Assembly: GCA_017746715.1 (NCBI GenBank)
Contig: JAGHZQ010000116.1
Span: 1-12,022 of the forward strand
DNA length: 12,022 nt
Direction: 5' to 3'
DNA from: Cyanobacteria bacterium SBLK
GTDB taxonomy: Bacteria; Cyanobacteriota; Cyanobacteriia; Cyanobacteriales; Spirulinaceae
Shown: positions 1 to 7,828 of the stretch, piece by piece
Position numbering within the stretch: position 1 is the stretch's first letter
How the letters are laid out: every line of letters begins with the position of its first letter
Program-made: the position numbers and the translations under genes
The notes under the pieces: model-generated
Database searches by the model: none
What the model was told of the DNA's origin: nothing
Seen by the model: only the letters and a program-made list of their open reading frames with translations

Positions 1-92
1 TACTGGGAAAGTTAGTACAACTAAAATCATGGATTATATCAATGACCCTCACCATTCCTGATGGCGAATAAATTCGCCGTGTCGCTTTTCCA

Positions 93-133
93 CCCCGCTC
101 TAAAGAGACGGGGCTACCAAGCTCCCGTTTTTT
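93..133 (+). terminator. Candidate intrinsic terminator (stem about 108-128 followed by a UUUUUU run) with an overlapping, mutually exclusive upstream hairpin (93-113)
   Basis: acggg(g)c...gctcccgt is followed by tttttt at 128-133. The hairpin ccccgctct-aaa-gagacgggg (93-113) shares nt 108-113 with the terminator stem. A + strand ORF entering from the left edge could terminate at 15, 61 or 71, depending on frame. Confidence 0.35.
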
Positions 134-341
134 CTCGTGTCGTTGCTGTGTTTTTTGTTTCTAGCGATCTCCAAGAAGTGAGTCCGAAGGGCATTCAATG
201 GCGTTCTATTCAAGAGTTGCAGAAAGAAGACTGTTCTACGCGCTGTTGGCTGGCTTTGCAAGCAGCAGGTTTAATTGCCTAAGATCGTGTAGGGATATAG
301 CATGCTACGTCCCTACATTTATGACCCTTTTATGACCTGAA

Positions 342-875
342 TTATTTGCCTTCTTTCAAATAAGCCAGCATGGTATCGGCATCGGAAACCTCAAAAGGAT
401 CTTCGGGGAAGTTATCAGCATAGCCGGGTTCGACAAACATTTTCTCGACTTTGCCATCATTGACACACATGGAATAGCGCCAAGACCGCATGCCAAAACC
501 GAGATTAGCTTTATCAACTAACATTCCCATTTTGCGAGTAAATTCGCCATTACCATCGGGAAGCAAAAAGACTTTACTCGCACCCAAATTTTTACCCCAT
601 TGGAACATGACAAAGGCATCATTGACCGACAAGCAAATAATTTCATCAACCCCTTGGGCCTTGATTTCGTCGTAGAGTTCTTCATAGCGGGGAAGGTGAG
701 TGGAAGAACAGGTCGGGGTAAAGGCTCCGGGGAGGGAGAATAAAACGATGCGCTTGCCTCCAAAAATTTCTTGGGTGGTGCGATCTTGCCAGCGAAAGGG
801 ATTTTCGCCACCGACGGACTCATCGCGAACTCGGGTCTTGAAAACAACATCGGGTACTGCTTCGATAACAGCCAT
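342..875 (-). CDS. Type II (Prx5-like) peroxiredoxin, a thiol peroxidase
   Basis: The 177-aa ORF contains the Prx5-family active-site context [11 protein letters not shown]. Its length and overall pattern (GAFTPTCS...LPRY...[14 protein letters not shown]) match glutaredoxin/thioredoxin-dependent type II peroxiredoxins of cyanobacteria and plants. Confidence 0.85.
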   Translation of the reverse strand: MAVIEAVPDVVFKTRVRDESVGGENPFRWQDRTTQEIFGGKRIVLFSLPGAFTPTCSSTHLPRYEELYDEIKAQGVDEIICLSVNDAFVMFQWGKNLGASKVFLLPDGNGEFTRKMGMLVDKANLGFGMRSWRYSMCVNDGKVEKMFVEPGYADNFPEDPFEVSDADTMLAYLKEGK

Positions 876-917
876 TTTATTGCTCCTTAGCCTTTGGCTT
901 TTTTATTTGATTCGTTC

Positions 918-942
918 TTATCTAAGAATAATTCTTAGATAA
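918..942. promoter_or_regulatory. 25-bp perfect palindrome TTATCTAAGAAT-A-ATTCTTAGATAA, a candidate operator in the peroxiredoxin promoter
   Basis: A perfect 12-1-12 inverted repeat lies 43-67 bp upstream of the peroxiredoxin start codon (875, minus strand), in the AT-rich intergenic region between the prx and DUF1995 genes. Confidence 0.35.
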
Positions 943-1006
943 GCGCAATGTAAATCAGTATAAATACTTAAATTAAGAGCAGTATCATTCGGGATTTAGT
1001 ATTTAT

Positions 1007-1741
1007 TTACTGATTTAAGGCTTTGAACATTTGTTGAAGGTTGCTTAAAAAGCCTGCTTTTTTGGGTTTTGCGGTCGATCCTTCATTGCTTTCCTCTTCT
1101 GATATTCCCATGAGAATGCGTTCTAAGCGATCGCCCGCCGGTTTTTGAGATTCTTCGGCTATGAGTTGCCATTCTCCATTTTCTTCGAGCCAAACTTGCC
1201 AGAGAGAAGGGTACGATCGATAAATGGTACCGCCTTCAAAAGGTTTGAGGAAATAAGCCGTTTCTAGGGTGCTGAGAAAACGCTCTCTTAACTGACGCGC
1301 AGCATAGCCAATTCCCACAGTTGCCACGCTTTCCAGTTGGGGAATTAAAAGAATGACAGGACGATCGCCGGCCAAGTTACACAATTTTTCCACCGATTCG
1401 ATTTCCACCGAAGAAGGGCAAACGAGCAAAAAAATGCGATCGCTATCGGCAATTTTTTTATCCACGGGGGTGAAGCGACTTCCGAGATCGGTGGTTTGAA
1501 ATTCGGTCTCTCCCCAGTCTCGTTTTGCTAGTGCTGCCGCCCCCGAGTCGGGAAACAGAACCCTTAACCCTTCCCCATAGTCGGCAAACATCACGGTAAA
1601 TTGCAGGGCGATCGCTTGGGCTTGCAGGGCGATTTCGGGGATGGCGAGATCGACGACGATTCTACCACAACCATTATCGAGGGCAGCTCGTACGGCTTCT
1701 TTGGCTTTAGCGATCGCGTCTTCTAGGGTACTGGGAATCAT
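1007..1741 (-). CDS. DUF1995-family protein (conserved in cyanobacteria and chloroplasts), function unknown
   Basis: The 244-aa ORF has an N-terminus MIPSTLEDAIAKAKEAVRAALDNGCGRIVVDLAIPEIAL that matches my recollection of the DUF1995 signature (M.P.L.EAI.QA..A...AL.DG..R..VEL.FPEL). HIP1 sites lie inside the ORF. The family assignment is from memory and not from a search. Confidence 0.55.
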   Translation of the reverse strand: MIPSTLEDAIAKAKEAVRAALDNGCGRIVVDLAIPEIALQAQAIALQFTVMFADYGEGLRVLFPDSGAAALAKRDWGETEFQTTDLGSRFTPVDKKIADSDRIFLLVCPSSVEIESVEKLCNLAGDRPVILLIPQLESVATVGIGYAARQLRERFLSTLETAYFLKPFEGGTIYRSYPSLWQVWLEENGEWQLIAEESQKPAGDRLERILMGISEEESNEGSTAKPKKAGFLSNLQQMFKALNQ

Positions 1742-1902
1742 GGCAGCGAAGGAGGAACAATTTTTTATTATCGATGGAAAGGGCGATCGGGGTAAAGGAG
1801 GCGATCGCGTTAAACTGGCCGAGAGAAAAAGAATTGGGGGACATTTCTACAATTCAAAGATTACGATAGCGGCTTCCCTTTCTAGATAGACTTTTCCTCA
1901 TG

Positions 1903-1925
1903 AGAAAGGGCAGGCATTGCCCGCC
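1903..1925 (-). terminator. Weak stem-loop (gggca-ggcat-tgccc on the plus strand) just downstream of the phosphoketolase-like gene stop
   Basis: A 5-bp GC stem sits about 10 nt after the TAG at 1933-1935. On the minus-strand RNA it is followed by UUUCUC. The call is marginal. Confidence 0.25.
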
Positions 1926-1932
1926 CAAAAAA

Positions 1933-4131
1933 CTAACCTAATAATTCAACGGCACGCTTCACAAAAGCCTCAGCCGTTAAACCATTTAACGCCATTACCG
2001 CACCTGCACTCGCAGCAGTTTCGCCGCGCTTCCATGCAAAAGTATCTCGCACGGAAGAACTCCGCAACATGATAGGTTCTAACATCGCAGAAGAACCGCC
2101 GGTAATGCCCAATAAAACATCGCCCCCTAATAACTTTTTAAACCCTTCATTATCCAAGAAACCGCCATCGGATTTCGAACAGGTTTCATAAGCCGTATCC
2201 GCAGGGCGATATAAACGGCGGGGACTGATAACGCTAACAATTTTAGAGCCAATTCCTTGACCTTTTAACTGTTCTGCTGCCTCCAAAACTGGAATTAAAG
2301 TCATATCCCCAATAACGGCAAAAACAACCGTCTTCTCTCCCGCAATTTCTTGTAGAATAAATCCCCCATTTTCTAAACCTTCACGGGTTTGTGCCAAGGT
2401 AGTGCGAATTGGTAAAGGCGACTTAGAAGCAGTAATGGTAATGCCTTTATTTTTCGTTCCCAACGCCCATTCGTAACAAGCCTGAATGCTGTTCGCATCG
2501 CAAGGAAACAAGGGAAAAACATTCCCATTTCGCATTAAAGCGGCGAAATAGTTTTCAATTTCCGGACGTTGGTGAGTCCAACCATTACGTCCTTGTTCTA
2601 ATGCTCCCGCCGTAAATAAAGTCACTGTAGAAGGGGTAGCATGGCGCAACTCTGCCATTGCTTGGGTTACTGTTTGCCAAATGGGTAAACCGTTAATCGC
2701 AAAAGATTCATAAGAACACCATAAAGTCCGCGCCCCAAATAAAGCCAAACCTGCCGCCAAACCCGCGCACGCATCTTCGCTTAACGGCTCGTAAACTTGT
2801 CCGTCGGGCTGTTGAAAATAGTCTCCATCAACCGTCGGATGAACGATTTTCAAAGCAATATTGACGTTATTAATTCCCGATGCTGCATTCCCATCCGCAT
2901 TGGTTAAAACGAAATTAGGATCTTTTTGTCCCACATCTCCAATTAATACGCCCATTGCTGTCGTTGCGACTTTTTTATCGCCGCCAACCGCATATTCTTC
3001 TAAGGGCAATTGACCCAAATCCGGTAAAGGATATTCTTTTTCGGTGACGACGGTTTTCGCTGCCGGACCGCCCTGCGATCGCGTGCAATTTTCTCGGACG
3101 ATTTCCCATGCTTCTGGGGTTAATGCCCGTGCTTTTAACGCATCGACAATATAATCTTTCTCTGTCGTATCCCCCGGATAAAGATTATGAGCTTTTGCCC
3201 CGCGTTTGTGGACTCCTGCCCCTTTTAATTGTTTGATAATTAAAACCGTTAATTCCCCATTTAACGCGCATTTTGCCGCCCGATCCGTGGCATCTAATAC
3301 CGCTTCTATAAATGCCATGCGCTTGGTTAAAGAAAAGGCGGTACTATCAACATAATCGCCTGCTTGTTTGGTATCATCATAATCTTTTGCATCCACGAGG
3401 AAAATTTCTTGAAAGCCATTTCCCCCCCAATACTCGATCATTTCTTCGTTGGTTTTGGTGGAAACCATGCTGTGATGTTCTTGTGAATAACCATTCCAAA
3501 CCAAAATCGGCAGGAAATTTGTTACTTTAGGATAAGCCGTATTAAAATGACCAAAACTGCTCATCACATAAGGTTCACCTATTCCACCGTCCCCAATCGT
3601 AACGGGAAATAAAGTTCCGGGGTGTAACTTTGCTCCCGCCATCGCGAAATGCTGTCCCTGTCCCAAAGGTCCTGCGGGGTTGAGGAGACCGGGAATTTGT
3701 CCGGATAAGTGACCGAGAAGACCGTGAGTCTCTCGATAGCGATCGCGCATTTGCTGCACGGTTTCAATCCCCATCTCCTCCAAAGAACGATCGAGGAACA
3801 TATTGCTGTAAAATCCGGGGGCGTGGTGTCCGACTTCGGTGATAATATTTTTATATCCCAGCATGACCAAAGCGGCGATCCCGTCGGCAATACTGGCGAA
3901 CCCTCCCGGATGTCCCGAGGCTTTTGAGGCAGTAATTTGCAGGGTTAAATAACGCAAGGCATCTGCCAGTAGCAGAGTTTGATAAACTGCGGCAGGATCT
4001 TGCGGGGAACTAATCGCGGTTTGTCCTTCTCCAATTGCGGGAGTTTTTCCGTATTTTTCAAACTCGGGTAATGTTTCGCTAAAATACTGAATTCCTTGAC
4101 AAAATGCAGGGATTGCGGTAGCAACGGCCAT
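1933..4131 (-). CDS. Divergent phosphoketolase (XFP)-family ThDP-dependent enzyme, 732 aa
   Basis: The protein lines up block by block with xylulose-5-P/fructose-6-P phosphoketolase: SGHPGG vs GHWGT; VGHHAPG vs GPGHGGPA; TIGDGGIGEPYV...FLPILVWNGY vs IIGDGEAETGPL...VLPILHLNGYKI. It is shorter than canonical phosphoketolase (about 800 aa), and the GHWGT motif is replaced by GHPGG. Confidence 0.7.
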   Translation of the reverse strand: MAVATAIPAFCQGIQYFSETLPEFEKYGKTPAIGEGQTAISSPQDPAAVYQTLLLADALRYLTLQITASKASGHPGGFASIADGIAALVMLGYKNIITEVGHHAPGFYSNMFLDRSLEEMGIETVQQMRDRYRETHGLLGHLSGQIPGLLNPAGPLGQGQHFAMAGAKLHPGTLFPVTIGDGGIGEPYVMSSFGHFNTAYPKVTNFLPILVWNGYSQEHHSMVSTKTNEEMIEYWGGNGFQEIFLVDAKDYDDTKQAGDYVDSTAFSLTKRMAFIEAVLDATDRAAKCALNGELTVLIIKQLKGAGVHKRGAKAHNLYPGDTTEKDYIVDALKARALTPEAWEIVRENCTRSQGGPAAKTVVTEKEYPLPDLGQLPLEEYAVGGDKKVATTAMGVLIGDVGQKDPNFVLTNADGNAASGINNVNIALKIVHPTVDGDYFQQPDGQVYEPLSEDACAGLAAGLALFGARTLWCSYESFAINGLPIWQTVTQAMAELRHATPSTVTLFTAGALEQGRNGWTHQRPEIENYFAALMRNGNVFPLFPCDANSIQACYEWALGTKNKGITITASKSPLPIRTTLAQTREGLENGGFILQEIAGEKTVVFAVIGDMTLIPVLEAAEQLKGQGIGSKIVSVISPRRLYRPADTAYETCSKSDGGFLDNEGFKKLLGGDVLLGITGGSSAMLEPIMLRSSSVRDTFAWKRGETAASAGAVMALNGLTAEAFVKRAVELLG

Positions 4132-4317
4132 ACTGTAAGATTCCTCTTTAAATTGCTTTAATTCTTAAATTAATCTTACAGTTTGCCGGGATCGACGGAA
4201 ATCAATGTATTCCCCGAGAAAGAATAAAAAATTCTTGTTCGACCCATTCCTGCTTGTGCTGAGGGACTTGTACCGAGCAACGTCGAAGTATGCCGAAGCA
4301 AGTCGCAACGTTACCCC

Positions 4318-5205
4318 TTAAGACGCATACCGGGATCCCGGAATAACATAATCCCAAGTCGTTTGTTGAGTGGGATTGACAAAAATATCGAGAGTTGGGG
4401 CGTATTCAATTAACTTACCCACGCGATCGCCCTCAGCATTGGCTTCGACATTGAAAAAGGCGACGCGATCGGTAATGAGTGCCGCTTGTTTCAAATTATG
4501 GGTAATGAGAACGATTGTATAATATTGCCGCATGGTCATTAGCAGATCGTTCACCCGTCCTGCCGAAATTGGGTCTAACGCTGCCGTGGGTTCGTCCATG
4601 AGAATCACTTCCGGATTTAGGGCAATCGTACGAGCAATACACAATCTCTGCTGTTGTCCTCCGGATAAATCGAGGGCATTTTTCTTCAGTTTATTTTTCA
4701 CCTCATCCCATAATCCAATGTGACGCAATGCCGTTTCGACGCGATCGTCGAGGTTGCCGCGATAGCCATTGACCCGCAAAGCAACGGCAATATTGTCATA
4801 AATTGATTTGGGAAAAGGGTTGGGGCGTTGAAAAACCATCCCGATGCGGCGGCGAACTTCTACTGGATTCATGCGACGAATACTTTGACCGAAAAAACGA
4901 ATTTTTCCCGTCGTTCGCGTTTCGGGAATGAGGTCGTTAAGGCGATTGAAACATCTCAAAAAGGTACTTTTTCCACACCCCGACGGTCCGATAAAACCCG
5001 TAATTTGATTTTTGTAAATTTCTAAATTGACATTTTGTAATGCTGGAATTCCGTGATAGGCAACGGAAACATCTTCAGCTTGCAAAATCACCTCGCTGGT
5101 TGTTACTTGTCGATCGCTCCTCTCTTGGGGAGGGGTGGATTTATTGTCGGTTGTTAGCTTGCGCTGAGCATCGCCGAAGTGTTGTTGGCTATTCATTATT
5201 ATCAA
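4318..5205 (-). CDS. pstB: Phosphate ABC transporter ATP-binding protein PstB
   Basis: Walker A GPSGCGKST sits in the PstB-typical context YKNQITGFIGPSGCGKSTFLRCFNRLNDL, with an LSGGQQQRLCIARTIA signature and Walker B ILMDEPTAALD. A Ser/Thr/Gln-rich stretch of about 40 aa precedes the conserved core. The true start may be Met1 (5205) or Met4 (5196). Confidence 0.9.
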   Translation of the reverse strand: MIIMNSQQHFGDAQRKLTTDNKSTPPQERSDRQVTTSEVILQAEDVSVAYHGIPALQNVNLEIYKNQITGFIGPSGCGKSTFLRCFNRLNDLIPETRTTGKIRFFGQSIRRMNPVEVRRRIGMVFQRPNPFPKSIYDNIAVALRVNGYRGNLDDRVETALRHIGLWDEVKNKLKKNALDLSGGQQQRLCIARTIALNPEVILMDEPTAALDPISAGRVNDLLMTMRQYYTIVLITHNLKQAALITDRVAFFNVEANAEGDRVGKLIEYAPTLDIFVNPTQQTTWDYVIPGSRYAS

Positions 5206-5226
5206 TCATTGATGACTTGTGACTTG

Positions 5227-7158
5227 TTATTCGCTGATTCTTTTTTGCCTGCGATAAAAATCTCGCAATAAAACGGCAAAAATATTCATAACTAAAACAA
5301 TTGCACCCAAAACGAGAATTGCAGCCGCCGCTAAATCGTGAAATTCTTTCTGAGGTCTGGCAACCCAATAAAAAATCTGTGTGGTTAGAGTTGTAAAATT
5401 ACTTTGCAAATCCGTTAGCGAAAATCCCGGAACAAAGGAGACAAAAGCCACGGCACCAACGGCGATCAAGGGAGCCGTTTCGCCAATCGCACGCGATAAG
5501 GCCAGTAGCATTCCCGTAATAATGCGCGGTAGTGCCGAAGGAAGAATGACATTTTGGATAGCTTGCCATTGGGTCATTCCCACGCCAAAAGCCGCTTGAC
5601 GCTGACTTTGAGGGACCGATCGCAAGGCTCCGCGAGTGGTGATGATAATGAGGGGAAGGACAATGGACGAGAGAACGAGCGCCGCCGAAAGCAAGCTGCG
5701 CCCTCCCGTAACGGGCTGCAAAACCCTCGCAAATAAAGCCAAACCCAACAATCCATAAATAATGGAAGGCACGGCGGCCAAGTTGGCCAAATGAATTTCC
5801 AAAATATAGCTGAAGGTATTGCGGGGTAAATATTCCTCGAGGTAGATCGCCGCCCCAACGCCAATGGGAAAAACGATCGCCCCCGTTAACACCAATAACC
5901 ACAACGTTCCTGCTAACGCGGCAAAAATTCCCGCATCTTCAGCCTTGCGGGAGGCAAAACTGGTAAAGAAACTCCAATCTAATATCGGCACGCCGCGCAA
6001 GAGCAAGTTCGCCAGTATAATCATCAAAACCACAACCCCGATTAAGGCCGAGAACAAGGCAATGGAAAGAAAAAGGCGATCGAAACGCTGGCGGCGAGTC
6101 AGCGCTTTCTCGAAGGAAATCTGTGTATCGAGGGGAAAATTTACAGCCGCAATCGCCCCTGTCAAACTCGAGGTTTTGTCCGTATCGCTTTCAAGTTCTG
6201 CTGAGGGAATGGTCAATCCCTTCATTATGGTTTCGTGACGGCGCACCAACCAATGTCCCAGCCAATTCAAACCGAGGGTGAGAAGAAAGAGGACAAATCC
6301 CACCGTAAATAGAGTATGAAAGAGAAAAGAATTAGCCGGAACGTCCCCCAAACTGACTTGAATGATAAACGCCGTCATGCTCTCCACGGGAACGAGGGGG
6401 CTGAGGGTCAAGTTGGGATTTTGTCCTGCCGCGATCGAGGCGATCATGGTTTCTCCCAAGGCGCGAGAAGCTGCAAGGGTAACGGCCGCGACGATGCCGG
6501 GGAGCGCAATGGGGAGAATAACTCGCAAGATATTTTCTCGTTTGGTAAAGCCGAGAGAGTATCCACCTTCGCGCAGTTCCGCCGGAACGTTTTCGATCGC
6601 GTCTTCGCTAATGGAAGAAACGATGGGCGTAATTAATATCCCCGTTACCAGTCCCGCGCTGAGGGCATTGACACCGCCAATATCGGGGATAAACTGTTTC
6701 AGTAGGGGCGTAACCAGTAAAAGGGCAAAATAACCGTAGACAATGGTGGGAATCCCCGATAGGCTCTCCAAGGCGGGTTTGAGAACGCGCCGCACTTGCA
6801 GGGGGGCATATTCCGCCAGATAAATCGCTGCTAGTAAACCGAGGGGGACGGCAACGAGGGTGGCAATCGCAGCAATGGAAAGCGTCGCGCTTGCCAAGAC
6901 AAAAATACCAAATTTTTTGCTGGCAAAGAGGGGAGTCCATTGGGTATCGGTGAGAAACTGCCATAAGGATACTTCTCGGAAGAAAAAAGCAGCTTCATAC
7001 AGAAAAATACCCAGAATGGTCAGAGAAATTAAAACGGGGATTGCGGCCGCGATCGCCAAGCCGACTTCAATAATGCGTTCTCTCATTAACAAACCAACTA
7101 ACGATCCCTTTTTAAAATGTTTGGGCGGTGATTTTGGGGCCACGGGGGGATAATTCAT
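5227..7158 (-). CDS. pstCA: Fused phosphate ABC transporter permease PstC-PstA, a single 643-aa ORF
   Basis: The N-terminal roughly 320 aa resemble PstC (multiple TM segments and an ABC-permease EAA-like loop SRALGETMIASIAAG). The C-terminal roughly 290 aa resemble PstA (ALTRRQRFDRLFLSIALF N-terminal cytoplasmic segment, a second EAA loop LSRAIGETAPL, and a C-terminal RRQKRISE). One continuous frame runs through with no stop at the junction. The ORF ends 21 bp upstream of pstB. Confidence 0.8.
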   Translation of the reverse strand: MNYPPVAPKSPPKHFKKGSLVGLLMRERIIEVGLAIAAAIPVLISLTILGIFLYEAAFFFREVSLWQFLTDTQWTPLFASKKFGIFVLASATLSIAAIATLVAVPLGLLAAIYLAEYAPLQVRRVLKPALESLSGIPTIVYGYFALLLVTPLLKQFIPDIGGVNALSAGLVTGILITPIVSSISEDAIENVPAELREGGYSLGFTKRENILRVILPIALPGIVAAVTLAASRALGETMIASIAAGQNPNLTLSPLVPVESMTAFIIQVSLGDVPANSFLFHTLFTVGFVLFLLTLGLNWLGHWLVRRHETIMKGLTIPSAELESDTDKTSSLTGAIAAVNFPLDTQISFEKALTRRQRFDRLFLSIALFSALIGVVVLMIILANLLLRGVPILDWSFFTSFASRKAEDAGIFAALAGTLWLLVLTGAIVFPIGVGAAIYLEEYLPRNTFSYILEIHLANLAAVPSIIYGLLGLALFARVLQPVTGGRSLLSAALVLSSIVLPLIIITTRGALRSVPQSQRQAAFGVGMTQWQAIQNVILPSALPRIITGMLLALSRAIGETAPLIAVGAVAFVSFVPGFSLTDLQSNFTTLTTQIFYWVARPQKEFHDLAAAAILVLGAIVLVMNIFAVLLRDFYRRQKRISE

Positions 7159-7319
7159 ATAGTATTATGACGGTTTCGCTTTTTTCTTTCTCAGAGGAAA
7201 TAGTTAGGGGTTTGTTTAGCATTTGCGTCTGGCTGGGGTTGTTGAATTGTCGGATGAGCTATCCCCGATTGTGTTTATTTTGGACACCTTTCTATCTTTC
7301 CAAAAAATTCCTAACTTTT

Positions 7320-7348
7320 CGGTTAAAAATAGGTTAACTCGCGTTAAA
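7320..7348 (-). promoter_or_regulatory. Candidate Pho box: three tandem 8-bp repeats for an SphR/PhoB-type regulator
   Basis: The minus strand reads TTTAACGC-ga-GTTAACCT-att-TTTAACCG, i.e. three yTTAAyy-type repeats at 10-11 bp periodicity. The middle repeat matches the cyanobacterial Pho-box core CTTAACCT in 7 of 8 positions. It sits about 165-190 bp upstream of the pstCA start, in the same orientation as the operon. Confidence 0.4.
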
Positions 7349-7367
7349 TGGGAAAAAACACGCAAAA

Positions 7368-7793
7368 ATGAGTGCCATGCAAGGCCTTTGGTTAGCCAAT
7401 AATCGGTTGCAGTTTCCTACGGATATTCCTCTAACCCAACCTTCTTCCGGAGAATGTGTCGGACGACATGAGGACAAGTTGGCAAGATTGGGCGATCGCG
7501 GCATCAAAACCGAGTTGGCAAATGGGATTGAATGGCGCTCTTTCGAGCGAGCAGTGGAATGCACGGGAAATCCGGAAGGATTCGATCTGGCTCTGCGCTC
7601 ATTGCGTCCGAGAGGGGTTCTGGTATTAAAAAGTACTTATGCCGATCATCTCACTTTGAATGCTTCGGCTGTGGTGGTCGATGAAATTACTCTCATTGGT
7701 TCTCGCTGCGGTCCTTTTGACAAAGCCTTAAAATTACTGGAACAAGCATCTTGCTTGTTTAATGATAATAGAAAATTACCTTTCGCAGAATAA
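7368..7793 (+). pseudogene. C-terminal remnant of a Zn-dependent alcohol dehydrogenase (MDR family) gene
   Basis: The 141-aa ORF matches only the distal part of the MDR nucleotide-binding domain (AVECTGNPEGFDLALRSLRPRGVLVLKSTYADHLTLNASAVVVDEITLIGS, comparable to DVVIEATGNP..ALELV..GG.VVLVG....L....LV.KEITL.GS). The catalytic domain and the GxGxxG motif, roughly 190 N-terminal residues, are absent. Non-coding sequence lies upstream. Confidence 0.5.
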
Positions 7794-7828
7794 GTATCTT
7801 GCTTGTTTGATGATAATAGAAAATTACC
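7748..7828. repeat. Two copies of a 33-bp direct repeat (atcttgcttgttt[a/g]atgataatagaaaattacc) at 7748-7780 and 7796-7828, with 1 mismatch and a 48-bp period
   Basis: Read directly from the sequence. Copy 1 encodes the last codons of the ADH-remnant ORF. Copy 2 follows its stop codon. Confidence 0.85.

Noticed and set aside
61-282. 73-aa + strand ORF (MANKFAVSLFHPALKRRGYQ...)
   Set aside because: It overlaps the hairpin and U-tract structure at 63-133, has no recognisable family, and sits in the 3' region of the convergent peroxiredoxin gene. It is most likely a chance ORF.
318-338. Tandem TTTATGACCC / TTTTATGACCT directly 3' of the peroxiredoxin stop
   Set aside because: Two short AT-rich copies. 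They are too short to separate from chance or micro-duplication, and no function can be argued from the sequence alone.
490-942. ORFs 490..675 +, 518..850 -, 700..942 + overlapping the peroxiredoxin gene
   Set aside because: They are embedded in or antisense to a strongly supported CDS and have no family resemblance.
4318-5205. About 40-aa Ser/Thr/Gln-rich N-terminal extension on PstB as a novel regulatory domain
   Set aside because: It could simply reflect choosing the longest ORF, and the real start may be downstream. There is no structure or motif in it to argue function.
5381-6964. Multiple 60-170-aa ORFs on both strands inside pstCA (e.g. 5399..5902 -, 5864..6238 +, 6362..6733 +, 6608..6964 -)
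   Set aside because: They are alternative-frame or antisense ORFs wholly embedded in a well-supported membrane-permease CDS. Their compositions are Arg/Gly/Pro- or Cys-rich in the way typical of out-of-frame GC-rich sequence.
7128-7337. 69-aa + ORF (MILGPRGDNSYS...) in the pstCA upstream region
   Set aside because: It is hydrophobic and low-complexity with no family resemblance, it overlaps the pstCA start, and it is not the missing N-terminus of the ADH remnant although it is in the same frame.
7334-7564. 76-aa minus-strand ORF upstream of pstCA
   Set aside because: It is antisense to the alcohol dehydrogenase remnant, overlaps the Pho-box candidate, and has no similarity to PstS or SphX. 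I read it as chance.
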